A stretch of 29,586 nucleotides of DNA, taken from positions 65,247 through 94,832 of the forward strand of contig JAOAJX010000005.1 of assembly GCA_026413945.1 (NCBI GenBank). The letters are read 5' to 3'. Below the pieces are notes generated by a model that was given only the letters and a program-made list of their open reading frames with translations, ran no database searches and was not told the DNA's origin. The DNA comes from Candidatus Iainarchaeum sp. Its GTDB lineage: Archaea; Iainarchaeota; Iainarchaeia; Iainarchaeales; DTGL01. Shown piece by piece: positions 9,601-18,440 of the stretch (positions are counted from its first letter, which is position 1; each line of letters begins with the position of its first letter). Both the position numbers and the translations under genes were made by a program.

Positions 9601-10472
9601 AGAGGCCTACCAGATCTGTGTTTTGTGGGTGATACTCCTGCTGTTTGGTTGTCGAAGTAAGTTGTTATATGATACTGCAATAAGTCCCAAAGGTCTTCGA
9701 TTATAAGTTGTGGTGCACCAGCTTCAATATTTTCTCGTAAGCGATCATTTATTCTTATTATCTCAGCAAGCTTATGTGTTAGATCATCCTCTGATTTTAG
9801 GCCGCTTTCAAGTGTTATAGATGGCCTTATGTTAATTGGTGGTACCGCAAGCACAGTAATAACAAACCATTCCGGCCTGATATTTTCTGAGTTTAACCCA
9901 AATTGCTTTAAGTCTTCACCCCTGATTTTTTCAAGCCATTCTCTTATCTCTGTTGGATATATTCTTTTTGGGGGATTTAAATCAAAAAAGAAGTTTGTTG
10001 GCCTATCTACTAATATTTTGACCCTATTTGTATTGCAATGTGGACACTTTGAAACCTTTTTTGTCTTTGCCTTTATCTTCTTATATCTCTCCTCCCAGCT
10101 CTTATCATATTCCTTTTCGAGATTTGCAAGAATCTCATCAGTAAGTAAGATTCGCCCACAATTGTTACAAGTAACCTCAAGTATTTCTTCTATCTTTTTC
10201 GCGAATTTTACGTGAATTACCGGTCTAACAAGCTCAAGTGATCCAAAGTGACCCGGACAGTGTTTCATTGTCTGGCCACAAGTCTTACAGCGCAGACCTG
10301 GGTTTATTACACCCAAATGAGGATCCATAAGCCCTTCTTCCATCGGATAGCCATCTTTGTCATAAGTTTCAGCAGTTTTTATTTCAATAGCACTCAACTT
10401 TCTTATTATTTCTGGGCTTAAGATCCTAAAATCAATTGAACCAATTTTTTTATATAGCAACAAAACCACCAT
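6678..10472 (-). CDS. rpo1: DNA-directed RNA polymerase largest subunit Rpo1, fused A'+A''
   Basis: Zn clamp CKTC..CPGHFG, LTGKRVNFAAR, NRQPSLH and catalytic NADFDGD (A' part), continuing in frame into AAQSMGEPGTQ, AAFEET and ENIIVG (A'' part). 1264 aa with no stop. The exact start could be a nearby TTG. Confidence 0.97.
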   Translation of the reverse strand: MVVLLLYKKIGSIDFRILSPEIIRKLSAIEIKTAETYDKDGYPMEEGLMDPHLGVINPGLRCKTCGQTMKHCPGHFGSLELVRPVIHVKFAKKIEEILEVTCNNCGRILLTDEILANLEKEYDKSWEERYKKIKAKTKKVSKCPHCNTNRVKILVDRPTNFFFDLNPPKRIYPTEIREWLEKIRGEDLKQFGLNSENIRPEWFVITVLAVPPINIRPSITLESGLKSEDDLTHKLAEIIRINDRLRENIEAGAPQLIIEDLWDLLQYHITTYFDNQTAGVSPTKHRSGRPLQALSDRLKGKKGRFRYNLTGKRVNFAARSTITPDPYISVNEVGVSEQIAKELTVQEWVTPWNISTIKELIKGGLVFSVIRPDGLRKRVLEENKQEISKEIDVGYMVERVLQNGDIVLFNRQPSLHRISMMAHFAKIMPGKTLRMNPIICKPYNADFDGDEMNLHVPQTPEGQAEARELMLAEKHVISPRHGGPIIVLEEDGISGAFILTLDKTEFDIEKAYQYFYEIGVSEIPKPDRGDKYSGKLIFSQLLPKDLNLHYKSRMCEILSKTSPNYKCKGLDCPFCVTIRNGILEKGVIDQNSLGEVRGVLADALARRYPPEVLRSFYDRFSRIYADIITVKGMSVGLEEYEVSNNIKSTMDAAIKECMHKGEQIVKKYKDKTLQLIPGRNFEESFELYMMRTTAEAKQKIESLILKEKVEDMLEKTKYNSIVMIISGSRGGSINLMNMSGFWGQASVREGRPKRGYRGRVLSLENEGDQGIKARGFITQNFLKGMDAEEYFFHSIGGRQGEVDTGVSTKVSGYLYRRLANSLKDLIVEYDNTVRTSSSQIIQFLYGDDGVFPKNTRLGKVIDIKEIVNEILKENKAEKTTRAELSLGELNEKFSQLMGNLPEKAWNEILEAIVENKLNEEASKELIEKAKVIYEKALVEPCEAVGIIAAQSMGEPGTQLTLRTKHYAGAAEVSVGSGIQRIEEIVDGRSKTKYSSMTIHLNESIRENRKKVEEFARDIIEVKVQDIAKVKEDLEKETAEIEIVDEWVKERNLDKEALIEKIKGNIKKGKVSKRGDKLIISFEGLRLSYLKIRGEVLKIMRKRLQGVPGIEKTIVIEEKGEFIVKTLGTNLKAVMKRPEVDPYRTITNDIVEIAKVLGIEASRTAIANELHRVLKENNIKVDIRHLLLLADLLTFTGEIKGTVRTGVMRFKSSPFAKAAFEETVKHLFDATLYGENEPLRGIVENIIVGLPVKVGSGKVELVMKE

Positions 10473-10476
10473 TAAA

Positions 10477-12294
10477 CTATGCTTTATTTACAAGGTTTAG
10501 CTTAGGATATATGCCAAGTGATTTAAGCTCATCTAACATCAGCTTGAAGGCATAGCTCATTTCAACAGAATATACCTTTGAGTTTTTACAAATTGGACAA
10601 TACTTTTTATTTCTTATGCGGTCATTTACAGCTATAATTCCGCATTTTTCACATACGTATTCAATCGACTTATCAGAATCCTCTACAATTTTTTCCTGCA
10701 ACAACATGCTTGCACCATGCCCTATTAATGTTTCACCTTCCATTTCACCAAACCTCAAGCCACCTTCTTTTTCTTTACCTTCAGTTGGTTGCCTTGTAAG
10801 TATTTGTACAGGTCCTCTTGATCTAGCTTGCATTTTATGGGCAACTAAATGGTAAAGTCGCCTATATGTTATCACACCCGTGAATATTCTACCTTCTATC
10901 CTCTCTCCACTTATACCGTCATAAAATGTTTCCATTCCGCTAGGACTTAAACCATTTTCTATAAGTATTTTTTCAATTTCATCCTGCTCAATGTCATTAA
11001 ACGCCGTGCCATCTATAATTTCTGCCTTTAGACATGCTGCTTTTCCAGCAAGCATCTCAAGTAAATGTCCTATCGTCATTCTACTAGGTATTGAGTGTGG
11101 GTTTAATATAAGGTCTGGTCTTATGCCATCTGTGTTGAATGGCATGTCTTCCTCCGGAATTATTGCTCCGACTACTCCTTTTTGTCCATGTCTTGAGGCA
11201 AACTTGTCGCCAACCTCTGGTATTCTCTCAGAACGTGTTTTTACCTTCGCAACTATGTCACCTTGAGGTCCTTCTGTAAGAAAAACACTATCAACATAGC
11301 CACCCATGTTTTTTCTGGTGCTAACCGACGATTCCCTACGACGTTCTTTCACAACACCAAACTCTGCAATCTCCTCTAAGAATCTTGGTGGTGATGTTTT
11401 ACCAATAACCACGTGCTTTTCATCAACGTAAGACTCGACTTCAGCCAAACCATCTTCACCAAGTGAATTGTAAGCTTCAGATCCTTGATAACCCACAATA
11501 TCTTCTGTTGGTATCTCAAATTTATCTCTTTGACCACCAGGGTATCTTGTCTGAGTTGACTCATATACTCTAAAGTAAGAACTTCTACCAAGACATCTAT
11601 CAATAGCCCCTTTGTTTATCACCACTGCATCTAACATATTGAATCCGTAGTATGGCATTATAGCTACTACAAAGTTCTGTGCTTGTGGCCTTTCACTTAC
11701 CTTTAAAAAGTCCATTATTTTGGTTTTTACAATCTCCCTCTGTGGATAATGAAGCAAGAAACCCTCTGTATCTGTTCTAAGCTTTAAATTTGCTTGTCCA
11801 AAGCCAACTGCTTGCTTGAACATTTTTGCACCATGCAACACCTTTCCACTAAGATTGTGGCTAAGGAAAGGTATCATCCCGGTTATTATACTAAGAGTTC
11901 CTACAGGATTAATCTCAAGATGTGTGTGCTGAGGCGTTAGATCTTCAGCTTTCTCAGCAACTAATGCATTTTCTTCTTCTTCAGCGTCTAAGTATTCTAT
12001 TACCCCCTCCCTTACAAGATCCTCCCAATTCATTAATCCTTTCTTTATCTTTTCAATGTGTTCTTCCGTTAGTTTTGGTTTTCCGTTTTCTACAACAATA
12101 AGTGGTCTTTGCACACGACCTGCGTCAGTGTTTATTAATATCTCATCAGTATGCTTATTATACGAGAAATTTATACCTGAAGTTAATAAACCTTGGCGCC
12201 TCGAATTAAGTAGCTCTTTCATAAGTTTTTCAGGTGATGGGTGAAAACCTATAAATTTACCATTAACATATACCTTTGTCTTTGCTTCTGTCAT
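10477..12294 (-). CDS. rpo2C: DNA-directed RNA polymerase subunit Rpo2C (B')
   Basis: TKVYVNG, IEYLDAEEEE, GDKFASRHGQKG, PSRMT, TRQPTEG, GGLRFGEME and a C-terminal CxxC..CxxC. Confidence 0.97.
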   Translation of the reverse strand: MTEAKTKVYVNGKFIGFHPSPEKLMKELLNSRRQGLLTSGINFSYNKHTDEILINTDAGRVQRPLIVVENGKPKLTEEHIEKIKKGLMNWEDLVREGVIEYLDAEEEENALVAEKAEDLTPQHTHLEINPVGTLSIITGMIPFLSHNLSGKVLHGAKMFKQAVGFGQANLKLRTDTEGFLLHYPQREIVKTKIMDFLKVSERPQAQNFVVAIMPYYGFNMLDAVVINKGAIDRCLGRSSYFRVYESTQTRYPGGQRDKFEIPTEDIVGYQGSEAYNSLGEDGLAEVESYVDEKHVVIGKTSPPRFLEEIAEFGVVKERRRESSVSTRKNMGGYVDSVFLTEGPQGDIVAKVKTRSERIPEVGDKFASRHGQKGVVGAIIPEEDMPFNTDGIRPDLILNPHSIPSRMTIGHLLEMLAGKAACLKAEIIDGTAFNDIEQDEIEKILIENGLSPSGMETFYDGISGERIEGRIFTGVITYRRLYHLVAHKMQARSRGPVQILTRQPTEGKEKEGGLRFGEMEGETLIGHGASMLLQEKIVEDSDKSIEYVCEKCGIIAVNDRIRNKKYCPICKNSKVYSVEMSYAFKLMLDELKSLGIYPKLNLVNKA

Positions 12295-12309
12295 ATATCT
12301 CAACCCTAA

Positions 12310-13776
12310 CTAAAGCTTAACGCCCCTATCTTTAAGAAATTTTTCTAAACTATCAGTTGGTTCGTCTGTAGTAACTCTTGCTAAAAGAGCCAAGTTTTTC
12401 ACAAGCCCACATTGTGGCCCATCAGGAGTTTCTATTGGGCAGAAGCGACCCCAATGTGTACCATGCACATCTCTTGCCTCATAAAGCTCTCTGTTTTTAT
12501 TTAATGGGCTTTTAACTTTTCTTATATCAGTGAGAGGACTAATATAATTTACACGATCCATGAATTTACTTACACCAGTTGTTCTACCAATCCAGTTTCC
12601 CGTAGCCATTGCAAATCTTATCCTTTCAGTTATAGCATCCGGTCTTACAATAGTGTTTATGTTAAGCTTTCTCCTTCTCGTAACAGTCCTGTCAATTTGG
12701 AACTTTAAATCCTTAACAAAATATTTAAAAGCATACCTAAAAAGGTGCTCCATAAGCTTTCCAGAGAGTTCTAAACGCTTGTTTGCATAATGGTCTTTAT
12801 CATCCTCTACCCTCAGATTATATGCACTTTCGATTGCCTTTGAAGCCATCATGCCGAGATAAAAAGCCTTGGCAAGCCTGTCAGATTTACTCTGTCCTAT
12901 GTGAGGCAATAAGAAGCCGTCTATCACTTCTTGGGCTCTTCTAAGGCGATAATCAATAATCTGACCGGGAGCAACGCTTTTCCCGATTTTATCTAGGGCT
13001 TCTTTCTCATCCATCTTCTCTGTGTTTTCCCAATTTAATATTACATCATTTACAACTTCTAACTCTCCATAAGTAAAGACGGATTTTATTTCGTTTAGGG
13101 TATCAAGCCCCAACGCTTTAAGCAGTGTAAAAAGCTTTAGCTTTTTTGGGGAACTTGGAAACGAGACATAGAGCATGCCATTAAGTTTTCTTGTAATCCT
13201 AACCCTTCCTTTAAATGCCCCACTTGTACTTATTACTTCTACTGTTACATCTCCTGAAGCGTTTTTTTCAGAAACCATCACACGATCAGAACATAAAACT
13301 TCTTGTGTCATTAAGGCCTTTTCAGAGCCGTTTATTATGAAATATCCGCCAAAGTCAAAAGGATCTTCACCGGCTTCTATAAGTTCCTCCTCACTTTTTC
13401 CATAAAGCCAGCACTTTTTTGATTTTAACAGTATTGGCAAATCACCAACGTAAACCGTCCTTACATCTTGCTCTATGTCACGCCTGTATAATTTCATTTC
13501 TACATATATTGGGCCAGCATAAGTCATATTCCTTAAGCGTGCTTCCATCGGCAAGAACTCACCGCGAGGAGAGCCATCTGCTTCAATAATTCTTGGCTTT
13601 AGAACTTGGATGCCACCAAGCTCTACCTTGACTTCCTCAATCTTTGGAACTATTAGCTGGTTTTCCCTCACTATTTCGTCAAGCTTTTCTTCGACAAATT
13701 GATTGAAGCTTTGAATCTCAAGATCTGCTATGCTTTTATCTCTAAAATAAGCCCCTATGAGTGCCCAAGTATCCAT
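12310..13776 (-). CDS. rpo2N: DNA-directed RNA polymerase subunit Rpo2N (B'')
   Basis: PMEARLRNMTY, GGYFIINGSE, DDKDHYANKRL and CPIETPDGPQCGLVKNLAL motifs. GGTGA RBS precedes ATG13776. Confidence 0.97.
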   Translation of the reverse strand: MDTWALIGAYFRDKSIADLEIQSFNQFVEEKLDEIVRENQLIVPKIEEVKVELGGIQVLKPRIIEADGSPRGEFLPMEARLRNMTYAGPIYVEMKLYRRDIEQDVRTVYVGDLPILLKSKKCWLYGKSEEELIEAGEDPFDFGGYFIINGSEKALMTQEVLCSDRVMVSEKNASGDVTVEVISTSGAFKGRVRITRKLNGMLYVSFPSSPKKLKLFTLLKALGLDTLNEIKSVFTYGELEVVNDVILNWENTEKMDEKEALDKIGKSVAPGQIIDYRLRRAQEVIDGFLLPHIGQSKSDRLAKAFYLGMMASKAIESAYNLRVEDDKDHYANKRLELSGKLMEHLFRYAFKYFVKDLKFQIDRTVTRRRKLNINTIVRPDAITERIRFAMATGNWIGRTTGVSKFMDRVNYISPLTDIRKVKSPLNKNRELYEARDVHGTHWGRFCPIETPDGPQCGLVKNLALLARVTTDEPTDSLEKFLKDRGVKL

Positions 13777-13795
13777 ATGCTCACCAGGCAATAAA

Positions 13796-14020
13796 TCATC
13801 TTACTACTCTGTAATATATGCTTTTACCTGCTATGGGTGATTCGCGCTCTATTTCAATTATATCTCCAATCTTGGCTTTTAGCTTTTTTACCATCGGATC
13901 AGAATAGAGGATTGTTGCAAGGTCATCTTTAGTTGTATGAAACTTTTTTAGTATTTCATTTTCCTTTTCAGGTGGCAAAATCGTATGTTTTGGAACTAGA
14001 AAATGCCTTTTTTCTTCCAC
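13796..14020 (-). CDS. rpo5: DNA-directed RNA polymerase subunit Rpo5 (H)
   Basis: HFLVPKHTIL, DP, GDIIEIERESPIAG and YYRVV motifs; first gene of the RNAP operon. Confidence 0.97.
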   Translation of the reverse strand: MEEKRHFLVPKHTILPPEKENEILKKFHTTKDDLATILYSDPMVKKLKAKIGDIIEIERESPIAGKSIYYRVVR

Positions 14021-14197
14021 AATCTCGCCCTACTAATAATAATTGAAGCTTTTAAAAGTCGGCCAATCCCATAGCTAACAAAGCATTTTTTGCTTTACTA
14101 TTTATAATTAGAAAACATTTTAAATATTATGCTCCAAACCAACCTTAAGCTATTTTGCTTTTATGCAAGCAATTATCCGGCTTCTTCCATATTTTAT

Positions 14198-14395
14198 CTA
14201 TTTTTTCTCTTTGCTTTCTCTTCGTTCCTTTTCCCAAACTTCCTTGAATTCGGCCAAATCATTGTCATCAAGCCCAAGAGACCTAAGCTTTTCTTCGTGA
14301 TCCTCAAAGCTCATGTTGCTGTAACTCTTTCTCCAAAGCTTCATCTCCTCGGTGTCAGGAAGAGGCCTACCTTCTCTTAACCTTCCTATAGGCAT
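14198..14395 (-). CDS. Small charged hypothetical protein (65 aa)
   Basis: MPIGRLREGRPLP...WEKERRESKEKK has protein-like composition, is co-oriented, and starts 45 bp after the cdc48 stop. Confidence 0.7.
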   Translation of the reverse strand: MPIGRLREGRPLPDTEEMKLWRKSYSNMSFEDHEEKLRSLGLDDNDLAEFKEVWEKERRESKEKK

Positions 14396-14440
14396 GCAAA
14401 ATAAAAAATGCAAAAGTTTATTAAAAATTATGCCTTTTTA

Positions 14441-16621
14441 TTATGTTGCTCCTTTTTGCAAGCCACTCTCATTCGAAGATCCTTTCATTTCAGCAATTTT
14501 GGCAATGGCATCTCTAAAGTGTTCTTCACTTATTGTAATTTGCTGAGTGTTTTTTCTCATAGCTTGCCGAATAGCATTCATACCAGCTTCGCGACATATC
14601 GCAGCAATATCTGCGCCCGAAAAGCCATTTGTATCTGCAGCTAATTCAATAACATTTACATCTTTTGCTAGGGGCATGTTTCTAGTATGGACTTTAAGTA
14701 TCTCAAGTCTCTCCTTCTCATCTGGCATAGGTATCTCGATGTGAACATCTATTCTACCAGGCCTTAACAATGCCTTATCAATCAATTCTGGCCTGTTTGT
14801 TGCTGCAATGACAACAACTTTTTCCAACTCTTCTATTCCATCTAATTCAGTAAGAAGTTGGTTTATAACACGCTCAGTAGCATCAGTTAAACTTGCACCA
14901 CGCACTTGGCTTATCGCATCGAATTCGTCAAAGAATATGATTGAAGGAGCAACTTGTCTTGCCTTTCTAAATATTTTCCTAACGTTACGCTCACTCTCAC
15001 CCACCCATTTGCTTATAATTTCAGGGCCTTTCACTGCAATGAAGTTTGCTTCGCTCTCATTTGCAACAGCCTTTGCCAGAAGAGTTTTTCCCGTGCCCGG
15101 AGGACCGTAAAGCAATATTCCTTTTGCTGGCTTTATGCCTGCTTTCTTAAATAACTCTGGCTTTTTTAAAGGCCATTCAATTATTTCCTTGAGCCTGCTT
15201 TTTACATTTTCAAGACCTCCTATGTCACTCCACTTTACGTTTGGTTTCTGAATCATAACTTCACGCATTGCACTTGGCTCTATCTTTTTGTATGCTTCCA
15301 AAAAGTCTTTCATCCTAACCTCCAACTTTTCAAGGATTTCGGTTGGTATTTTCTCCTCGTACTTTTTGAATTCAGGAATATATTTCCTAAGGGCTTTCAT
15401 CGCAGCTTCTTTACTAAGTACTTCTAAGTCTGCGCCAGTGTAACCAATAGTTATCTCAGAAAGCTTATCCAAATCAACATCCTTTGCCAAAGGCATGCCC
15501 CTTGTATGTATCTGCAATATCTCTTTTCTTGCCTTTTGATCAGGTACACTAATTGCTATTTCACGATCAAAACGCCCAGGCCTACGCAATGCTTCATCAA
15601 GCGCTTCAGGCCTATTGGTTGCCGCAATCACTACCACATTGCCTCTTGACTTTAAACCATCCATCAATGTAAGCAATTGTGCTACAACTCGCCTTTCAAC
15701 CTCGCCTGTAACTTCTTCTCTCTTGGGTGCAATTGCATCAATTTCATCTATGAATATTATGCTCGGGGCATTCTTTTCCGCCTCTTCGAATATGTCTCTC
15801 AAGCGTTTTTCACTTTCACCATACCATTTGCTCATAACCTCAGGACCATTAATTGCATAGAAGTTTGCTTCGCTCTCATTTGCAACAGCCTTTGCCAAAA
15901 GAGTTTTCCCACACCCAGGTGGGCCTGTTAGTAGTACGCCTTTCGGTGCGCTTATACCAATTCGCTCAAAAACCTCAGGATGCCTCATTGGTAATTCAAC
16001 CATTTCTCTTATCATCGAAATCTCTTCTTTAAGGCCACCAACATTTTCGTACGTTATTGATGGTATTTTCATAGCTTCTGCCTTTACACGTTTCTCAGAG
16101 ATTACTATTTTAGTTTCAGGAACTATTTTTGCAAAACACTTTGGTTGCAAATTAGTTACTATGTAATGCAAAGTTGTACCCATAACATCAATTGCAACCA
16201 TAGAATTCTTCATTATCGCTTTTTCCATAAGCTTATCATGAAAATAGTGTGTTGGGTCTCCTGAAAATCTTACTTCTTCTAAAGGTGCAAGTGTAACACT
16301 TTTTGCCTCCTCGAGCTCAACTTTTTTCACAACTACTTTGTCCCCGACAGAAACCTTCGCATTGCTTCTAAGAACATTATCTAGCCGTATAATATCTTTT
16401 TCTTCATCTTCGTTATGGGCCCTCCAAACAATTGCAAGCGCTTCTTCAGCTCCTTTAATGAGTACAGCATCACCTGCAACAATACCAAGAGACTTCATAG
16501 CGTTTGTGCTCATTCTCACAACTCCTCGACCAGCATCCATTTTGTATGCTTCACCAACTGTAAGCTCAATCTCTTCTTTAATTTCTTTTTCTCCTTTTGA
16601 ACATCTTTTCTTACTACCCAT
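14441..16621 (-). CDS. cdc48: CDC48/VAT family AAA+ ATPase
   Basis: N domain (DAGRGVVR) plus two AAA modules: [23 protein letters not shown] and [23 protein letters not shown]. Confidence 0.97.
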   Translation of the reverse strand: MGSKKRCSKGEKEIKEEIELTVGEAYKMDAGRGVVRMSTNAMKSLGIVAGDAVLIKGAEEALAIVWRAHNEDEEKDIIRLDNVLRSNAKVSVGDKVVVKKVELEEAKSVTLAPLEEVRFSGDPTHYFHDKLMEKAIMKNSMVAIDVMGTTLHYIVTNLQPKCFAKIVPETKIVISEKRVKAEAMKIPSITYENVGGLKEEISMIREMVELPMRHPEVFERIGISAPKGVLLTGPPGCGKTLLAKAVANESEANFYAINGPEVMSKWYGESEKRLRDIFEEAEKNAPSIIFIDEIDAIAPKREEVTGEVERRVVAQLLTLMDGLKSRGNVVVIAATNRPEALDEALRRPGRFDREIAISVPDQKARKEILQIHTRGMPLAKDVDLDKLSEITIGYTGADLEVLSKEAAMKALRKYIPEFKKYEEKIPTEILEKLEVRMKDFLEAYKKIEPSAMREVMIQKPNVKWSDIGGLENVKSRLKEIIEWPLKKPELFKKAGIKPAKGILLYGPPGTGKTLLAKAVANESEANFIAVKGPEIISKWVGESERNVRKIFRKARQVAPSIIFFDEFDAISQVRGASLTDATERVINQLLTELDGIEELEKVVVIAATNRPELIDKALLRPGRIDVHIEIPMPDEKERLEILKVHTRNMPLAKDVNVIELAADTNGFSGADIAAICREAGMNAIRQAMRKNTQQITISEEHFRDAIAKIAEMKGSSNESGLQKGAT
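15041..15078. repeat. 38-bp perfect direct repeat within cdc48 (second copy at 15860-15897)
   Basis: gaagtttgcttcgctctcatttgcaacagcctttgcca occurs in both the D1 and D2 coding regions. Confidence 0.9.
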
Positions 16622-16625
16622 AAAC

Positions 16626-17006
16626 TCACCTTACCTCTATCCTTTGCCCAGAGCCATTGCTCTTTTCAAATATTATTTCTAATATTCCGTTCTTGAAGGT
16701 TTTGCTTGTAGGCTTCTCTTTTACTGCTGAAGGTAATCTTATTGTTGTGTAATAATCACTTTGATTTTCAGTGCCCTCTTGTTTGACTTTTATAAATAGG
16801 CGATTAGCTGAAACCCGTAGATCAATATCTTTTTCTTTTTTTCCTGGCAGTTCCACAGTTACAAATACTTTATTTTCACTTTCCCAAATATCATGTACTA
16901 ATTGAGAATGTCCAGTCTCTTGAATTCCTTCTCTATTGTTGGCTCTCTTTCCGAAAAACCAGCTTTCTAAATCATCAAAGTCACTAAAAAAATCATCATC
17001 GAACAT
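16626..17006 (-). CDS. Small heat shock protein (Hsp20/alpha-crystallin)
   Basis: [26 protein letters not shown] and the C-terminal IxV motif IEV. Confidence 0.92.
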   Translation of the reverse strand: MFDDDFFSDFDDLESWFFGKRANNREGIQETGHSQLVHDIWESENKVFVTVELPGKKEKDIDLRVSANRLFIKVKQEGTENQSDYYTTIRLPSAVKEKPTSKTFKNGILEIIFEKSNGSGQRIEVR

Positions 17007-17055
17007 AAAACCACCTCACAAAGTTTCCAAAAAAATTAAGATGGAAAGAAGCTTA

Positions 17056-17484
17056 TCATTTTATTTCAATCAGCTTCTTTCCAATGGCTTTCTCCTTGCT
17101 TTTTGGGACTTTAATCTCCAAAACGCCATTCTCGTATTTTGCATCAGCCTTTTCCAGTTCTGCGTTTTCTGGCAACGCTACAAACCTGTAGAAACCAGAG
17201 TAGTTGCGCTCCATCCTGTAAAAGTTTCTTGTCTTTTCCTCGTGTTTTTCCCTCTTTTTTGCTGTAATTTCTAAACCGTTGTCAACTATGTTTATGTTTA
17301 TATCTTGCTTTTGAACTCCTGGCATATCTATACTAAGATGATATGCATCATCCGATTCCCACAGGTCTGCTGCCGGATGCCTCATCCTGCTTTCCACTGG
17401 TAATTCATCGTCGAATTCATAAAAGCTCGAAAGCATACGTCTCATCTCTTCAAATGGATCAAGAAAGCCAAACCTTCTCCTCAT
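17056..17484 (-). CDS. Small heat shock protein (Hsp20/alpha-crystallin)
   Basis: DPFEEMRR, DMPGV, MERNYSGFYR, AKYENGVLEI and the C-terminal IEI motif. Strong GGAGGTGA RBS. Confidence 0.96.
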   Translation of the reverse strand: MRRRFGFLDPFEEMRRMLSSFYEFDDELPVESRMRHPAADLWESDDAYHLSIDMPGVQKQDININIVDNGLEITAKKREKHEEKTRNFYRMERNYSGFYRFVALPENAELEKADAKYENGVLEIKVPKSKEKAIGKKLIEIK

Positions 17485-17511
17485 CCAATCACCTCCCTAT
17501 TTTGTCTAAGT

Positions 17512-17542
17512 TTTATTGAACATATTCAATATTTATTGAACA
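17512..17542. promoter_or_regulatory. Candidate operator TATTGAA-cata-TTCAATA-tt-TATTGAA between hsp20 and the divergent HTH gene
   Basis: Two overlapping 7-bp inverted repeats, plus an 11-bp direct repeat tttattgaaca at 20-bp spacing (17512 and 17532). Confidence 0.7.
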
Positions 17543-17545
17543 AAT

Positions 17546-17561
17546 TATTTAAAAAGCTTTC
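17546..17561 (-). promoter_or_regulatory. BRE/TATA promoter candidate for the hsp20-hsp20-cdc48 operon
   Basis: Minus strand reads GAAAGCTTTTTAAATA, directly upstream of the palindromic array. Confidence 0.55.
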
Positions 17562-17577
17562 TCAACCTATTCTACTT

Positions 17578-17964
17578 ATGGCTCGAGCCTCTTTTGTCAT
17601 TCGCTTAAGGAAAGTAGAGCGCCTCTCTAACCCAAATTTTGATAACGCTATTGAATACCTATGCAAATCTCTGTGTTTAGAAGCTTATGAAACAGATACT
17701 GCAAAGCAAATCCTGCTGGAGCTACTTAAATCAAGAGAAGGTCTAAGCTCAACAGAGCTTTCTATGCGTATAAACAAATCTAGGGGGGCTATTATAAACC
17801 AACTCAATCGCCTAATAAATGCTGGCCTTATTGTGAGAGAAAGAAGACGCTATCAATTGCGAGCAAGTACATTATCAAATACTATTGCAGAGATGCAAGA
17901 AGATGTTGAACGCATAATGAAAAATATGTTAGAAATTGCTCGTATGTTAGATGAACTCACATAA
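17578..17964 (+). CDS. Winged helix-turn-helix transcriptional regulator (TrmB/ArsR-like)
   Basis: GLSSTELSMRINKSRGAIINQLNRLINAGLIVRERRRYQL is a wHTH pattern, followed by an amphipathic dimerisation-type helix. ATG17578 preferred over TTG17536. Confidence 0.88.
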   Translation: MARASFVIRLRKVERLSNPNFDNAIEYLCKSLCLEAYETDTAKQILLELLKSREGLSSTELSMRINKSRGAIINQLNRLINAGLIVRERRRYQLRASTLSNTIAEMQEDVERIMKNMLEIARMLDELT

Positions 17965-17968
17965 GATG

Positions 17969-18373
17969 CTAATTTTTTTCTTCAACTTCTACAAACTGAA
18001 GCCTAATCTTTAACCCGTCATTTGCAGTGGCTTTGGTTAAGGTTGCGCTTATGGGCTTACCAGCTATTTTTACAACAACATGCAAATTTCCGTAAAGAAC
18101 ATCGTTGTTCTTTCCGCGCAACTCGTACTTTCCATGAGTTTTCAGGACACTAACTTCAGAAAGTTCATCGAAAACATAGCGAGAACCACTCATGTAATTT
18201 ATAGAGGCCTTTGATAGCGTACCTTCAATAGCTTTTACATTGGCCTCTTTTATTTTTTGCTGTTTCATTCCTTGCTTTATACATTCAAAAACATCTTCGC
18301 CTTTGGAAAGCTCAAGTACGAGCTCTTTTTTTGTTCCTTTGCCTGTAAATAGTTGTGAACTTGGCATTGCCAT
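17969..18373 (-). CDS. PPC domain / DUF296 protein
   Basis: LVLELSKGEDV, AIEGTLSKA and LHVVV resemble the DUF296 pattern; GAGGTGA RBS. Confidence 0.75.
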   Translation of the reverse strand: MAMPSSQLFTGKGTKKELVLELSKGEDVFECIKQGMKQQKIKEANVKAIEGTLSKASINYMSGSRYVFDELSEVSVLKTHGKYELRGKNNDVLYGNLHVVVKIAGKPISATLTKATANDGLKIRLQFVEVEEKN

Positions 18374-18440
18374 ATACTCACCTCAAACAATTGCTTATTA
18401 GCAAGAACTATTTAAAAAAAGAACTTTTTAAAAAAACAAG

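Noticed and set aside
6678-16621. Inteins in RNAP subunits or Cdc48
   Set aside because: Lengths are fully accounted for by host domains; no intein termini or LAGLIDADG motifs seen.
1663-16682. Many + strand ORFs, including 3190..4077 (295 aa) and 4117..4626
   Set aside because: Antisense shadows of conserved genes; Ser/Ile/Phe-rich with no motifs.
17536-17577. TTG-start extension of the HTH regulator
   Set aside because: Overlaps the operator and TATA region; ATG17578 is more plausible.
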